62,741 bases of DNA from positions 1-62,741 of the forward strand of contig QPMI01000663.1 of the NCBI GenBank assembly GCA_004431415.1, in the 5' to 3' direction. This document shows positions 1 to 12,676 of this stretch, piece by piece. How positions within the stretch are numbered: the first letter of the stretch is position 1; every line of letters begins with the position of its first letter. This DNA is from Cyanophora paradoxa CCMP329. Lineage: Eukaryota > Plantae > Glaucophyta. A program made the translations under genes and the position numbers. A model generated the notes under the pieces. The model had not been told where the DNA came from and made no database searches. It saw nothing but the letters and a program-made list of their open reading frames with translations.

Positions 1-99
1 CCCGGAGGCGCCGCTCTCGCCCGGGCCCCTGTCGGCCGGCGCGCGCCGCGGCGGCGTCGGGTGCCTGGGGCGGGCCGCGGAGCTGGAGCGGGCGCTGCG

Positions 100-3000
100 G
101 GCGGTCGCGGCGGCGGGGGCGGGGGCGGGCGGGACGGTGCTGCTCGAGGGCGAGGCGGGGTACGGCAAGTCGGCGCTGCTGCACGAGCTGGCGCGCGAAT
201 GCGCGGGGCGCGGCTTCGCGGTGCTGCGGGCCGGGCGGAGGCCGTCGAGGAGTCGACGCCGCTGTGGGCGCTGCGCGGGCTCGTCGCCTCGGCCACCAGC
301 GCCGCGAGCGAGGCTGCCTTCGCGGCCGGCCTCGCCGGGCTGGTCCCACCCGAAGACGCCGCGTTCCTGTGGGCCGCCCTCTTCGCCCGGCGCCGCCGCC
401 CGCCCCGCCGCCAAGGGCGACGGCCGCGGGGCTCGATCCTACGTGGCCCGGCGGGGCTCGCAGGAGGCCCCGGGCTCGCCCTCGTCGGCGTCGGGCGCCT
501 CGCCCGCGTCGCCGCCTGCCTCGCCGCCCTCGTCGAGGGCCTCGCCGGCTCGGGCCCCCGCGCCCGGCCCGTCGCCCTCGCCCTCGAGGACGCCCACTGG
601 CTCGACTCCGCTTCGTGCGCGCCCGCTTCGCTTCGCGCCCGCTCCGCCTCGAGTCCACTCCCGTTGCGCTGAGCCGCCGAGACGCTGAGCAAGCGCGCAC
701 GCGGGCGCAGGTGGCTCGTGCTGCGGAGTCTGCGGGAGGCGGCGCCGCGGCTGCTACTGCTCGTGACCTCGCGCCCGATGCCCGAGCCGCCCCGCGACTT
801 CCTGCTCCTCGCCGGGCGCCTGCGCCTCGGGCCCGACTCCGACGACGGGGACGACGTCGACTTTGACGCCCTGGACACCGCCTCGACGCCCGCGCCGCCC
901 GCGGCCGCCGTCTCCGCCGCGTGGGGTCCGGAGCCGCCGGCGAAGGCGGCGCCGCCTGCCCCGGCCGTGGTGGACGTGCGGCTGGGCCCGCTGGAGCGCG
1001 GGCGGCGCGGGAGCTGCTGGAGCGGCTCTCGGGGCGGCTCGGGGTGGAGTGGGCCCCGCCGCCCTCGAGCGCGTCCTCGACAAGGCCGCCGGCGGTGCGC
1101 AGCTCCGCTGCCCTTCCGCTCCGCTCACTCGCTCAGTCGCGCCGCCTCACACGCCGCGCCGTCGGGCAGTGCCGCTGTACCTGGTCGAGCTGGTGCGCGC
1201 GGCGGCCGGCGACGCGGCGGGCCGCTCCGCGCACTCCGCGGGCCTCCCGGACTCGGTGCGCGCGCCGCTCCGTGCCGAGTCGGCGGACGCCGACGCCGAC
1301 GCCGACTCGGTGGGGCGCGGGCGCAGCTGCAGCAGATCGTGCTCTCGCGGGTGGACCAGCTGCCGGCGGCCGCCCGCGACCTCATCAAGATCGCCGCCGT
1401 GATCGACACGGGGTTCACGCCGGCGGCGGTGGCGGCGGTGGCCGGCCCCGAGCGCGACCCCGCCGCCCTCCGCGACGCCTTCCGCGCCCTCGCCAACGCC
1501 CGCCTCATCACCGAGTCGGGCAGCTCCTCCCTCGCCGGCGCCGCCGCCCCCTCCGAGGCCGCCACCACCGCCGCCGATGTCGGCGACGAGGAGGAGGCGG
1601 AGGACGAGGGGGCGGCGTGGCCGGGGGAGGAGGCGCCCTTCGTGTTCAGCCACGCGCTGGTGCGCGAGGCGGTCCTCTCGTCGCTGACGGCCCCGCACCG
1701 GCGGAACGTGCACCGCCGCTTCGCCGAGTTCCTCGAGGCGCGCCCCGCCGCCGCCGCCGACCCCGCGCTCCTCGCGCTGCACTGGGAGGCCGGCGGCGAG
1801 CCCGAGCGCGCCCTGCGGCACCTCGAGCGGGCCGCGCGGCGCGCCCACGACGCCGGCGCGCTCCCCGAGGCGGCCCGCCTCTACGCCCGCCTCGTCGCCC
1901 TCCTCGACTCGCTCGGCCTCGCCGGCCGCCCGTGCCGCCCTCCCGCCGGCACCCCGCACGCCCCTCCTCCTCTCCGCCGCCCCTCGGGGCCCAGGGGCCA
2001 GCAGCCGGGCGCGCGCGCCGCCCCCTCGAGCGCCGCGGAGACGGCGCGGTGGCGCTCTTTCCGCACCGTCGCCCTCAAGAACTGGTGTTATGTCGAGGCA
2101 CGCCTCCTCCGCCCCCAAAAGCGCGCCGCACCGCTGACGGCGGCGGGCCGGGCCCGGGGGCAGTACTACCTGGGGCACGCGGAGCTGGCGCTCAACCTGT
2201 GCCTCGCGACCCTCGCGAGCGCCGGCGGGGAGCAGCCGCGCAGCGAGCTGGGCCCCGCCGCCCTGCTCCGTGCGCCCGCCCGCCCGCCCGCCCACCCGCC
2301 CGCCCGGCCCGAGGTGCGGCGTGGCGCGGCGCAGGGTTCGTGGCGCGGGCCGTGCCGCTGGTCTTCGGGGCGTACCCCGAGCGGCCGAGCGCGGCGGAGG
2401 CGGAGGCCTGGCCCGAAGGGAGGCGGAGCGCGTGGCCCTCATCGAGGTCTACGTCATCGTCGGCTGGTCGCAATGAAGATGACGTCATCGTCCTCGCCCT
2501 CGGCGCCGGACAAGGGCGGCGGCGGCGGCGGCCGGCGGCCCCGCTCGAGCGCCCTCGCCCTCACCGCGACCGGCGGTCCGCCCCCGCCCCCGCCTCCGCC
2601 CGTCGAAGGGGCGCCGCTGACGCGGGCGCAGCGGTGATCGCGCTGGGGTACGCGCGGGGGTGCGCGCTGGAGCACTGGCAGTTCGGGCGGGGCCAGGCCT
2701 GGTTCGCGGTCCTGCTTTTCGTGGCGGGCCTGAGGCGCAAGAGCGCCGAGTTTATGGCGCGGGCGGAGGCGCTCGCCGAGCGCCACGACAGCGACGCCGT
2801 CCGCGAGGCCGCGCACAGCGCCGTCCGCCCCTCCCGCGCCCCTCGGCCCCTCCCGCCTCCCGCGCCCGAAATGAGACGCGCGAGCAGGGGGGTTACATCG
2901 AGGCGACGGCCGGCCGCTTCGCGCGCGCCCTCGAGCGCCTCGACGCCGCCCGCGTCCTCCTCCACAAGGTCATTTGAGCTCGCCCCCGCCCCCGCCCCCG

Positions 3001-4036
3001 CGCCCCGAGCGGGCCCGGGCCGAGCGGGCTGGGTTTCGGCGCAGCTGTCGAGCCTTCACTACGTCGACGGGGCGACGTACTGCGCGTACGCGCGGCTGCT
3101 CCTCGGGCGCTTTGGGGAGGCCGAGGAGCACGCGCGGGGCTTAGAGGCGTACCTCCACCGCACAGGCGGTGCAGATTACGGCCGTGAGATCGTCGCCATG
3201 GCGCGCCCCCGCCCCCGCCCCCCGCCCCCGATTCCAACGCTCTCTGACCCCGCCCGGCGGCCGGCCAGGTGGCGGGGTACAGCGCGCTGTTCACGGGGCG
3301 GGATGCGGAGGCGGGGCGGCTGCTGGGGCGGCTGGAGGCACGGGGCGGGGCGGCCTCGTTCTGGACGACGACCGTGGCGGCCGTGCTGCGGGGCCTGCAC
3401 GCCTGGCGCGCCCGCGGCGAGGCGGGCGCCATGGCGGTGGCCGCCGCCGGCCTCGAGCGGATCCTCGAGCGGGAGCCGGCCTCGCTGATGTGGATCCACC
3501 TGCTGCCCTCGCCTGCGCCCTCGACTTCGCCCTCTGGCGCGCCGCCGACGCCCGCCGCCGCGCCGGCGCCGGCCGCCCCGCGCCCGGCGGCCTCTGTGGG
3601 GACGGCCGGGGCGTGGGTGACGCGGCGGCGGAGGCGGCGCGGGCGGAGGCGGCGGCGGCCGAGGGCGCCCTCCGGCGGCTGGCGGGCGGCATGCGGGCTC
3701 TGCAGAGGAAGAGCCTGCCGTGCCTGGCGCCCTTCTGCGCCCTCGCCAGGGCCGAGGAGCCCGGGCTCGCCCCCCGGCGCCGCGCGGAGCTGCTGCGGGG
3801 TGCGGCGGAGGCCCTCGAGGCTGGCGAGCTGCGCCCCTTCCACGCTGTCGCCCGCCTCCGCCTCGCCCTCGCCGAGGCCGCCGCGGGGCCCCCGGCCCCG
3901 CCGCGGCCGCGCTGCAGCGCGCCGAGCGGGCGGCGCGCGAGTGCGGCCTGCGGCTGCCGGCCCTCGAGCGCGCCCTCGCCGAGGGGCCGCGGCCGCCCCG
4001 CGCCCCGCCCTACGCCTTCGCCTCCATGTTCGTGTG
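100..4036 (+). CDS. Host multi-exon STAND-type/AAA_16 P-loop ATPase with C-terminal TPR-like helical region (adenylate-cyclase-associated architecture); 5' end probably outside the window
   Basis: Walker A VLLEGEAGYGKS (~137-172), Walker B LALEDAHWLDSAS (~575-615), PLYLVEL, LQQIVLSRVDQLP...DLIKIAAVI, FVFSHALVREAV and LALHWEAGGE..RA motifs are spread over several frames, separated by short GC-rich gt..gcag introns. Ends are approximate. Confidence 0.75.
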
Positions 4037-4319
4037 ACTCTTCAGATGTAGATGTAGGGCTGTGGCGCGATTGCAGGCCTGCTTCTAGGCCTGTTCGGGC
4101 AGTATCCAGTATCCGTATACGCATATATATATGTACATGTGATCATGAAATAGTCTAGCCTAGTAGAACCCGGTTCAAGTGCTTATATCGTTAGCCTAGT
4201 GGTACCTTAGAACCGGTAGCTTAGAACCGGTAGTAGTCTAGTCTAGATATATATTAATCATGAAGTAGGGCTGTGGCGCGATATCGATCGCAAGGTGGGA
4301 GGTCCCGGCCCGGACTCCG

Positions 4320-4354
<35 letters not shown>

Positions 4355-4650
4355 ACGACACGCCCCCTGGCCCGGACTCTCGCGATCGCCCGGGCAGCTG
4401 CCAGGCTCAGCGGCTGGCGGTACCGGTCCGGGCGCAGCCCACCCCGCTCCTGTCCGGGCTGGCCCAGCATGCAGCTGCGCATACAGCGCGGGCGTGCATG
4501 CGCAGATGTACTGCGGTACATGTGTAGTCTAGCTATAGAACGCGGTATACGTAGCTTATATGAATATATCCGAATTCACATCTAATCAAATAAATCGAAA
4601 GACGGGTTTATATAATTATACCGTGACTAGAATTGGCAATGAATAGCAAT

Positions 4651-7600
4651 CTATACTCGGGCTGGCTCTGGACGCTGAACTTGCTTGTAGCCGCCTTGAG
4701 CACGGGAGAAAAGAACGCTCGAGTTTATAAAGTTGATAAGACCACCGGTTATCGCTCCCAGGGCGAGGCCGAAGCATAAGCTGAAGGGAAGATTCATGGG
4801 GTCGCTCGAAACGGCCTTCTTGATTGCACCGACGAATATTCCAAAGCACGCGACGTTGAAGGCCAATGCAATAAACTGAAAGAAGATGATAGACTTGATG
4901 GTGTCGAGTCGCTCACTGATTCGATCTGAGCCCAGCTTGAACCACGAGATCAATGAGATGAACCCAACAGCTCCCCCTGCCAGTCCGCCAAGCATGCCGA
5001 CCACGAATGCAGCGATGAAAGAGTCCGCCAGCGTGCACATGCCATCATCCGGAATCGCTAGCGCTCGAGCCATCCTGCATATTTCGTAGTAGCGGAGCCG
5101 ATCGGCGTTGGCGCGCGCCGCTCCCAGAATCGGCAGGCTCCGCTTCACGCCAAAGTCGAAAAACCCGCCGAATCCGACGGAGCTGTCGCCAAACCAGCCG
5201 GGGACGATGGAAGCGACGAACATGCAAGCCGACTGGAGAGCGCCGAGAACGATGGAGAAGAATGCCTGGCTCTTGGTGCGCCGGGAGCACGAGAAGAACA
5301 CGAGGAACGCTATCCCCAGCGCAGAGAGGACAAGCACCGGAACGAGTATGGGGGCGAGCGAGCTTCTGCTCCTGTCCGAGTAGTCGCCAGTGGCAGAGGT
5401 CATGCCCATGAGCACCAACAGGGCGGATGGCCCAGTCGAACCGTCCGTCCTCGTTCTGCTGATTGTGACGGCAATCGACTTGTCGAGCGAAGTCTGGCCC
5501 TCCGGGGCCCCGGCAGGCCGAATCACGAGATAGACTCTGCACGATTCCGCGCGGCTGCATTGAAATGAGCAGCTGTACACACGTACGGCGCTATTTCAAG
5601 GAAATAGCAAAACAGTACCCGCAAAAGGCATCGACAGCGTTGGAGTAGGAGCCAACTCCGGTTTCAGAGCCGACCGCATCCGTCTTTTGGCGCAAGATTT
5701 GGTAAATGTACGGCCGACCCTCGGAGGGGCGAGGAACATTTTTGCCAAGCTGTCGAATGCGTCAGTTTTGGCATTGATTATGTTGTATTTATATAATGAC
5801 TGTTACTTACTTCCCAACAAGACGCGGTGAAAGAGGCGGTCTTGCAAAGATGCGTATCGACAAACGCTCGCCCAGCCCATGCCGCCTGACAGTCACCGCC
5901 GATAATGGATATCGAGCACGTCGAGGATGACGAGGGGAGGACGGTGATTTCGCCGGCCTTCAGCTCGACGGGGGTGGAGATCAGCTGGTTGCCGACCTTG
6001 ACAACCACGTACGCCGCACATGAGCTCTTGCTGCCGCCCCGGCCCGTCGCAGCCGCGATAAGTTTAAATTTATGATGCCTCACAGCTATAGCCAATTCAA
6101 GATGTCAAAGGAAGGAAGTCAAAGATGCATTTATGCACCTAAATTCAGTTCCTTGGCAGGCTTTGTTGAAGGTTGTTGAAGTCACCTTGAAGCTGAATTT
6201 TTTGGGCGCTTTTGGATCGGAGTTCGCGCCGGTTTCGGCCTACGCGTACACGTCCGCCAAGATCCGTACGCGTCATGGCCGGAACAAGACAAGCGAAATA
6301 TTCATCAAGCCGACAAGTGCACCTTCAGTGTACGCGTGCGGTCTCGCTTCGAATTCTGGGACTCAGTCATCTCAGTCTTCCCCGAAACGAGATCCAGTGA
6401 GCCGAGCGGTGCACAGGTGTCCTTATTGAAGCCCGATCCAGCGCACAAGTAGATATTAGCATTGTTGTTGTATTGACGATCGATCGCCCCGCCGTACGAA
6501 AACACAACCGAGCACTCCCCCTCATCCACAGCGCACGAGGTCGACGTGTCACTCGTGTTGCTGAAGACTTGCAAAAGCGAGAATTCGACGAAATTGAATT
6601 GCTGGAAGCCGATGACCTCCTCGAAAGTTGGATCTTCGTTGAAAATTTCATTGAAGCCGGAGAGAGAAACAGAGAATACAATGCGCGAAGTGTTCTTTGT
6701 CGACAGAGATGTGAAACCAGCCGCGACAACGACCCAGTGGGCTTCCGCAGTATCTGGGTTCTCCAAAGAACTGCAGGTCTAGAGCTTGAGCCTCCCGGTG
6801 GATATCAGAAGCGGTCAAGGCACCGCATGCGCACTTGGATCTTGAGTAGGACCTGTATTCCGCCACGAAATCGAAGTCGCTAGCGGAAAGATCCGCCGAG
6901 AATGTGCCAGACTGCACAGAGGACCCTTTCTGCGCATCGTAATCGTTTGAATTAATCTCAGACATGCAGCTGGAAAACCGTTAAACCATAATTAAATTTC
7001 GAGCTTAAGACAATCCGACGTCGACCCACCAGAATGCATGTTGCATAAGCTGGATATTGGTCGTCGTAAACTCGCGAAAGTTTATCATCTGATGAGCGCG
7101 GTTCTCCTTGGCAGAGGTAAACGTCGACGAGACGAGGCCCGGTCCACACGACGGTGCACCCGCCCCCGTTGGCAACACACTCCGAGGAAGAAGCGGCGCT
7201 GTCCACCTTGATTTTGGGGCTCTCAAATTGCGGAAGCGACACAGTAAATGATCTGGAAGCGTCGCGAGGGTCTGGCTTCTTGTTCTCATCGTCCGAAAAA
7301 TCTTGCGTGTCCAGAGGCCGAACAACGAAGTACAGGGAACAAGAAATCGCATTTCCGATTTTCTTTTGCCTGAGGGCAAGAAACAAATCACAGGGGCGAA
7401 AGCGAAAGGATTCTGGAAGAATCATGGAGAAAAACGCGCACCCGCAAAGATCGGAAAATACCTTGCTTCGTAAAAAGAAATTGCCCATGTATGAACCATC
7501 CGAACCTTTCGTTTGCTCGCCGTCTACAGGATGCATTTCCACACATTCACGATCGCTTATTTTATCGGAGTATACGAAGTACGAAGTTTTACAGACGTAC

Positions 7601-8420
7601 ACTGCTGCTTTTCGTGCAGGAACCCACGAGACGCTGCAAGGCCTGTAGAACCTCGATTCTTTTGGAGCCAGCACGCACGTCGCCGACGCCGAAGTGATCG
7701 ACACCTTGCCACTCCGAATGCTGACACGCCTGTCGTAAGCTTCTCCGAACGTCAAGATGTCGACAGCGGACTCTGATTCCTTCACGAGCACTACAAACTC
7801 AGCGACGCAGCTATCTTGGCTCTCTCCGGATCCTCTCCTGCGCAAATTTGCAGTTAGCTCGAATTCGAAAGAGAGCCAACTTGGCAACTGTAAACGAAAT
7901 TAATTATATAAAGCGCATGCAAATGCGTACGAGCAGAGAAAGTCGAAATCGTTCTCAGAGATCTCGAACGTGTGCTGGCCTCCTGTAGTTTGTGGTCGGC
8001 TGGTCGACGGATCTACCTTGACAGCTCCGGCCCGTGAGGCATCCGTGCAACTGGAATTGAAGAATGTCGCGTAATCGATGTTATACAAGCTGCTCAGGCT
8101 CTTGCACAGCTGTGCATACACGTACACGGCCGCAGCTGGCGCCTTGTAGCCGAGTTTGAGAGACCACGTCACCGTGCAGCTCGAGCCCGGGTCGCATCTG
8201 GAGCTGGAGGTGGCTCCAAGCGTGACGTCGGCGTAGTCTACGTAGAGTACGGCTAAGGGTTTGCGTGTATGCGCATGCTGCGGCGCCGCTGTGACCGAAC
8301 TCGGTGCATGTGCATCCGCAGCGCGAGCCAGAGGCACATGTGTAGGCCCCGAGAGGCAAAGCACGACCACGGCGGCGAACTGGAGGAGCGCGAATGCTCG
8401 CAGCCGCCCTACATTCGTAT
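4651..8420 (-). CDS. Host multi-exon protein: signal peptide, Cys-rich repeated extracellular domains, C-terminal multi-pass (claudin/amastin-like topology) membrane region
   Basis: Consecutive minus-strand ORFs: 7900-8400 (hydrophobic leader RAFALLQFAAVVVLCLSG), 6958-7887, 6305-6766, 5778-6095 (recurring C-x-V-x-W/F...V-x-V-Y-L-C pattern) and 4651-5580 (about 5 hydrophobic segments). The start codon and exon borders were not resolved. Confidence 0.55.
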
Positions 8421-9878
8421 ACGTATGTACATGCGGTGTTTCCGGTACCGGTCGCCGAAGCCGCACGCCTCGCCACGCGTGCGCGTATACGTAAGAAGCA
8501 ATTGCAAGGCCGTCGACCCGCTGACTATGATGAGATCTAGATATCGAAGCCGGACTGCACGTGTACGGACGCTCTAGGCCTGAAATATACATACTGAACG
8601 CTGCGCACTGCCGTCCTGAGCCGTCAGCGCCGTTCAAGACGGTTGCCGTTCTCCGCGGCGCCGGCCCGGCGGCTGAACGCCAAGTTGCCAACTTCCCGCG
8701 AAGTTCCCGCCGCAACTTCCCGGTCGATATCCGATGATCGATGCTGCTGCACACGCAGAGCTGCACCGTCTGCACCAGCCTGCCACCAGGCCAGGCTGAC
8801 CGCCGGCCGCTGGCTGAGTCGGCGACTCGCCGAGTGACCCGAGTCACTGAGTCACTGCACTGACTCTCTGCCACTGAGTCGGCGGCGACTCGGCGGCGAG
8901 TCGGCGCTGACCGTGCGGCCAGGCGGCCCGCGGCCCGCCGGCCCAAGGGCCAAGGCCCAGGGTTTGAATGAATGCCATGCTCACATGCCACACATGCAGG
9001 CTGATGCAGCAATGCAGCAGCATCCGATGATCATCAGCAGCACATGCCAATGATGCCATGCATATATGTGATGTCACAGTGTGACAGTGTACTGTGTACA
9101 GGCTCTGTCAGGCTGCACCGTACGCGTGCACTGGCACTGCAGCAGGGGCCGCCGCCGGCCCGCCGGGCCGGGCCGCGCCGGGCGCGCGCGGCGCCAGCAC
9201 CGTACGTACGCGTGGCACGGTGGCACCGCCGCGGCAAACACCCGCAAACTTGCCAAGTTGAAAAGATCGTTAGAGTACTACTGTAGGACGGCGCTTTTTT
9301 TTGCCGTAGTTTTAAATTGCCGTAGTTTTTAAATCGGTAATTTAGCATCCCGGCAATTGCTTTGGGGTAGATATTTTCCTAGCCCGCCATAGAGTAGTCT
9401 GATCGAGCAGAATCTGGATTAATATTCGGCAGTTTATCGCCACGGCAATTCCGGTTTTGCAAGGGCGATTTCGGCAATTTTACACCACGGCAATTTAAGC
9501 CGTAGTATACGTACTAGTATCAACTTGAACTTTCGGAAGCCTTCAAAAAGGGTTAAACTTGCTAGATTAAGTTGCTAAGTTGAAATTGGTTTACCGAACG
9601 GTTTTCAAGTTTTGCTCAAGTTTTGAATTGACCGATCGCGAAACAAAACGTCGGAAAAAACTATATCCGTGAGTGAGAAATCATTAATATTTCTGGAATC
9701 TGATATATTGGCGAGGGGGTACGTTTACGATAGAAACATCTCTGGAAGTTTTTTAATTCTCTTAAAACTTTATTTAAATTGGTGCGCGCCTGCATGCACA
9801 CAAAAACAATTTTGTAAATTTGGATTGAGCAATTTCAGTATTTAATTCGCGCCGGTGGTGCGGCGCCTGTCACGCGGG

Positions 9879-10003
9879 CACTAGTTTCGCATTCAAGTGG
9901 TCTTTCTTGAAACCAGTGTCGAGTTCTATGAATCTATGCCTTACTGTTATTCATAGATCTCGACACTGGTTTCAAGAAAGACCACTTGAATGCGAAACTG
10001 GTG
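9879..10003. repeat. Long near-perfect hairpin (~51-55 bp arms, ~15 nt loop)
   Basis: agtttcgcattcaagtggtctttcttgaaaccagtgtcgagttctatgaat (9883-9933) pairs with attcatagatctcgacactggtttcaagaaagaccacttgaatgcgaaact (9949-9999) with one mismatch. Confidence 0.95.
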
Positions 10004-11593
10004 GCAGTCTGCACTGACTCGAGCTCTGCAGTGAGTCTGCACTGCGGTACTACGGTAGTCTGCAGCTGGTGCGGCTGCACTCAGTGACCGTCGGACTGCC
10101 GGAGTTAGGGCTGTGGTCGCTGGTGGTCGCTTCGCTCGCGAGGTTCCAGCGGCCGCTACGCTTGGCGTTTTCCGCCAGCGACACCTCCTCGCTCAGCGTT
10201 TTTTATGGCTGACAGGCGCCAAAAAAAGCTCCATCCCGCTTTTTTCTCATCTGAAGGTCGACGTAGGTTGGCCTAGCCGATCAATCTTGCTAAATTTCGA
10301 CTGTTTTCGAGCATCCAGGCGCTCCGCTTCGCCCAAAAGCAGCCTGCAGCTGGCCTCTATCTCGCAGAAATTGACAGATGGCTCGCGGAACTAAGCATTA
10401 AATCTGCATTTGCGTACGCGCGCATCTTAAAAGCTTGTACGAAATAAACTAAACGGAACAGATAGGTTTTCGGTTGGTTTTCAGCAGTTTTTCGACAGGT
10501 TTTGGCGGTACCCCCACCTCAGCGACGGGTCAGCGACGGGCGCCGCTCGCCGGGCTTCAGCGGCCGCTGGGCCCGGCCCCCCCCAGCGAGCACAGCTCTA
10601 GCCGGAGTCTGCCGCACTGCGGCAGGCCCGCAGGCCCCTGAACTCGGAACATGAAGCCCGGCACTGGGCCGGCAGGCCCGCGGGGCCGGCGCGGGCCGCA
10701 GCCTCCCGCAGGCTCCGCAGCCTCGCACTGGCTCGCAGCAACGTCAACTTAATTTGCAAGCCGCCCCAGGCGGCTGGGCCCTTCCGAGGCTCCCTGCAGC
10801 TGCTGGCCTGGCTCCGAGAGGCTCATCACTAGTACTACTACTACGGTACTCAGTGACTGTCGGGCTCTCCGACGTCACGGATCCGGCCGGACTCGTGAGG
10901 AGCGCCCGCCGCCAGCCCCGGGCGCCAGCGAGGCTCGTATACGTATAAGTAGCTATATAGCGAGCCTACCGAGTAGTACCGACCGAACCGTATTCGTACG
11001 ACGCGCGCGGGCATATATATATACGTACCGCAGTACGCGCGCGCGCCTAGGCCTTTCCGAGGCTTCAAAAGTTTCGGCTCAGCGGCCGCCGGGCGCCAGC
11101 CGCGGGCTTAAGCTTCAACATTAAATACAATGCAGGTGCGCGGATTGCGTATGTATTCTTATAATTATGTATACGTATCATAGTATTACGTATACGTATA
11201 CCGGTACCATAGCTCACGTATATGCACATATATGCATTTGCATATATATGTGTATATAAGATATATATATAAGCTTGTATGCGTCCTTTTGCTTTTTTGT
11301 TTTGGAAATTTAGAGGGCCGACCGGCACCGCACCTCTTTTGCATCCGAGTGTTTCGTGCATGCACTAACTGCATTTGCGTGTTGGTGCGGCGCGAACCCA
11401 AATTATCGAGGTTGCCGCCCCCAGCCATTTCCATACATGGCCAAGTTTGGATTTTTTATGTTGGCGCGGCAAGCTCGCTCATGATGCAGCATTCAGAGGG
11501 GTATGCCCCCGTATGTACACTCGCGCGGCGGGCTCTGCTCCTGCTCCCGTCGCGCTGGGGGCGGGCAGGTCGCCGCCGGCGTCCGGCACGCCC

Positions 11594-12525
11594 TCACTCG
11601 TCCGCCCCGCGGATCTTTTTGCGGAGCTGCATATCCTTGGGCTGGATTGTGATGCTGCGCGCCCCCGGCGGTTACGTGCCCCTGCACGGGGCGCTACAGA
11701 GTTTTGGAGGGGGTAGAAGGGGCGGCACACCGCTTGGCATGGATCGCGAGGAGGTTGCTCCCCTCGAACGTCTCGATGGCGTAGCTGCGTCTCGACGATC
11801 AGTTGCAGAGCTCAGCATTTTGTATACTTGTAAATCTCGCGCACTGCTCGGTGGCCTCGCGGAGAGCAAGGACGGCCTGCCGGCACCAGCGAAGAGCGGG
11901 AGTGTCGGTCAGCCTTGCCTCACGAAGCTCTTTCAGGACATCTTCGGTGATCTCCTTGACGGTGCGGGTGAATGGGGCCAGCGCAATGATGGGTTCGGTT
12001 CGCTTCTGCCACTTGCGAATCTCTCTGCGAGCGACGGAGCATCGGATTAATATTCACTGAGCCTCCTGCACTTTAAACTTAGACAACGTCATGATCAATT
12101 GCAACGTACCGGAGGGCAACCGTGCCTCCGCAAAGGCGTGCGCGGTTATAAACAAATCAGATATATAGAGATCTAGAAACATTAAGAATTTAATGATAGT
12201 CACTTTAAAATAGCTATAGTAAGAGATCTAGATCTAGAATGATATCGATCATGATACGATGACATTTGAACCACTTATAGTCACTTTAATTAATTTAGCC
12301 CTTTTGGGTTCAACGGTTACAAGGCTCGCATACTGATCATGATCATGATCATGAACATGAACTCGGACCTGGACGGTAACGGTGAGGCTTCTTGACGCCT
12401 CCTGCGGCAGGAGCCGCTTTACGGGCCGCCTTCGACGCGAGCTTCCGCTCGCCTATGTTTGCGAATCGCTTCCGCGGGGCCTTGCCCCCCGTGCTCTTTT
12501 GCGCCGTGTGCTTTGTCCGTGCCAT
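11594..12525 (-). CDS. Histone H3 variant, 155 aa, 5 exons (12525-12369, 12125-12110, 12024-11845, 11784-11731, 11654-11594); CenH3-like histone fold with a canonical-like tail
   Basis: Spliced translation [155 protein letters not shown]. All four introns are GT-AG and the exon phases are consistent. Confidence 0.93.
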
Positions 12526-12676
12526 CTGGCTATAGTTTGCTTGGGCCGAAAGGCCCTGTGGCCTCGCTGGAGTGCACACGCGCGGGTGCTCTTATTTATA
12601 TATTCGTATACACATATGCATGTACACGGATTTTTTTTGCGTCGTGCATTTTAAACTCATGATCAGAATCAAGAAA

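Noticed and set aside
4320-4353. Poly-C tract as an element-specific signal
   Set aside because: It lies in the host flank, so long G/C runs are not unique to the element, and their lengths are unreliable in long-read data.
9280-9510. Possible small non-autonomous transposon with repeated cggcaatt/ttgccg motifs
   Set aside because: No convincing TIR or TSD could be delimited.
11232-12050. 272-aa plus-strand ORF (and its copy 58973-59926)
   Set aside because: It is antisense to the spliced histone H3 exons and crosses the element boundary, so it is a shadow ORF.
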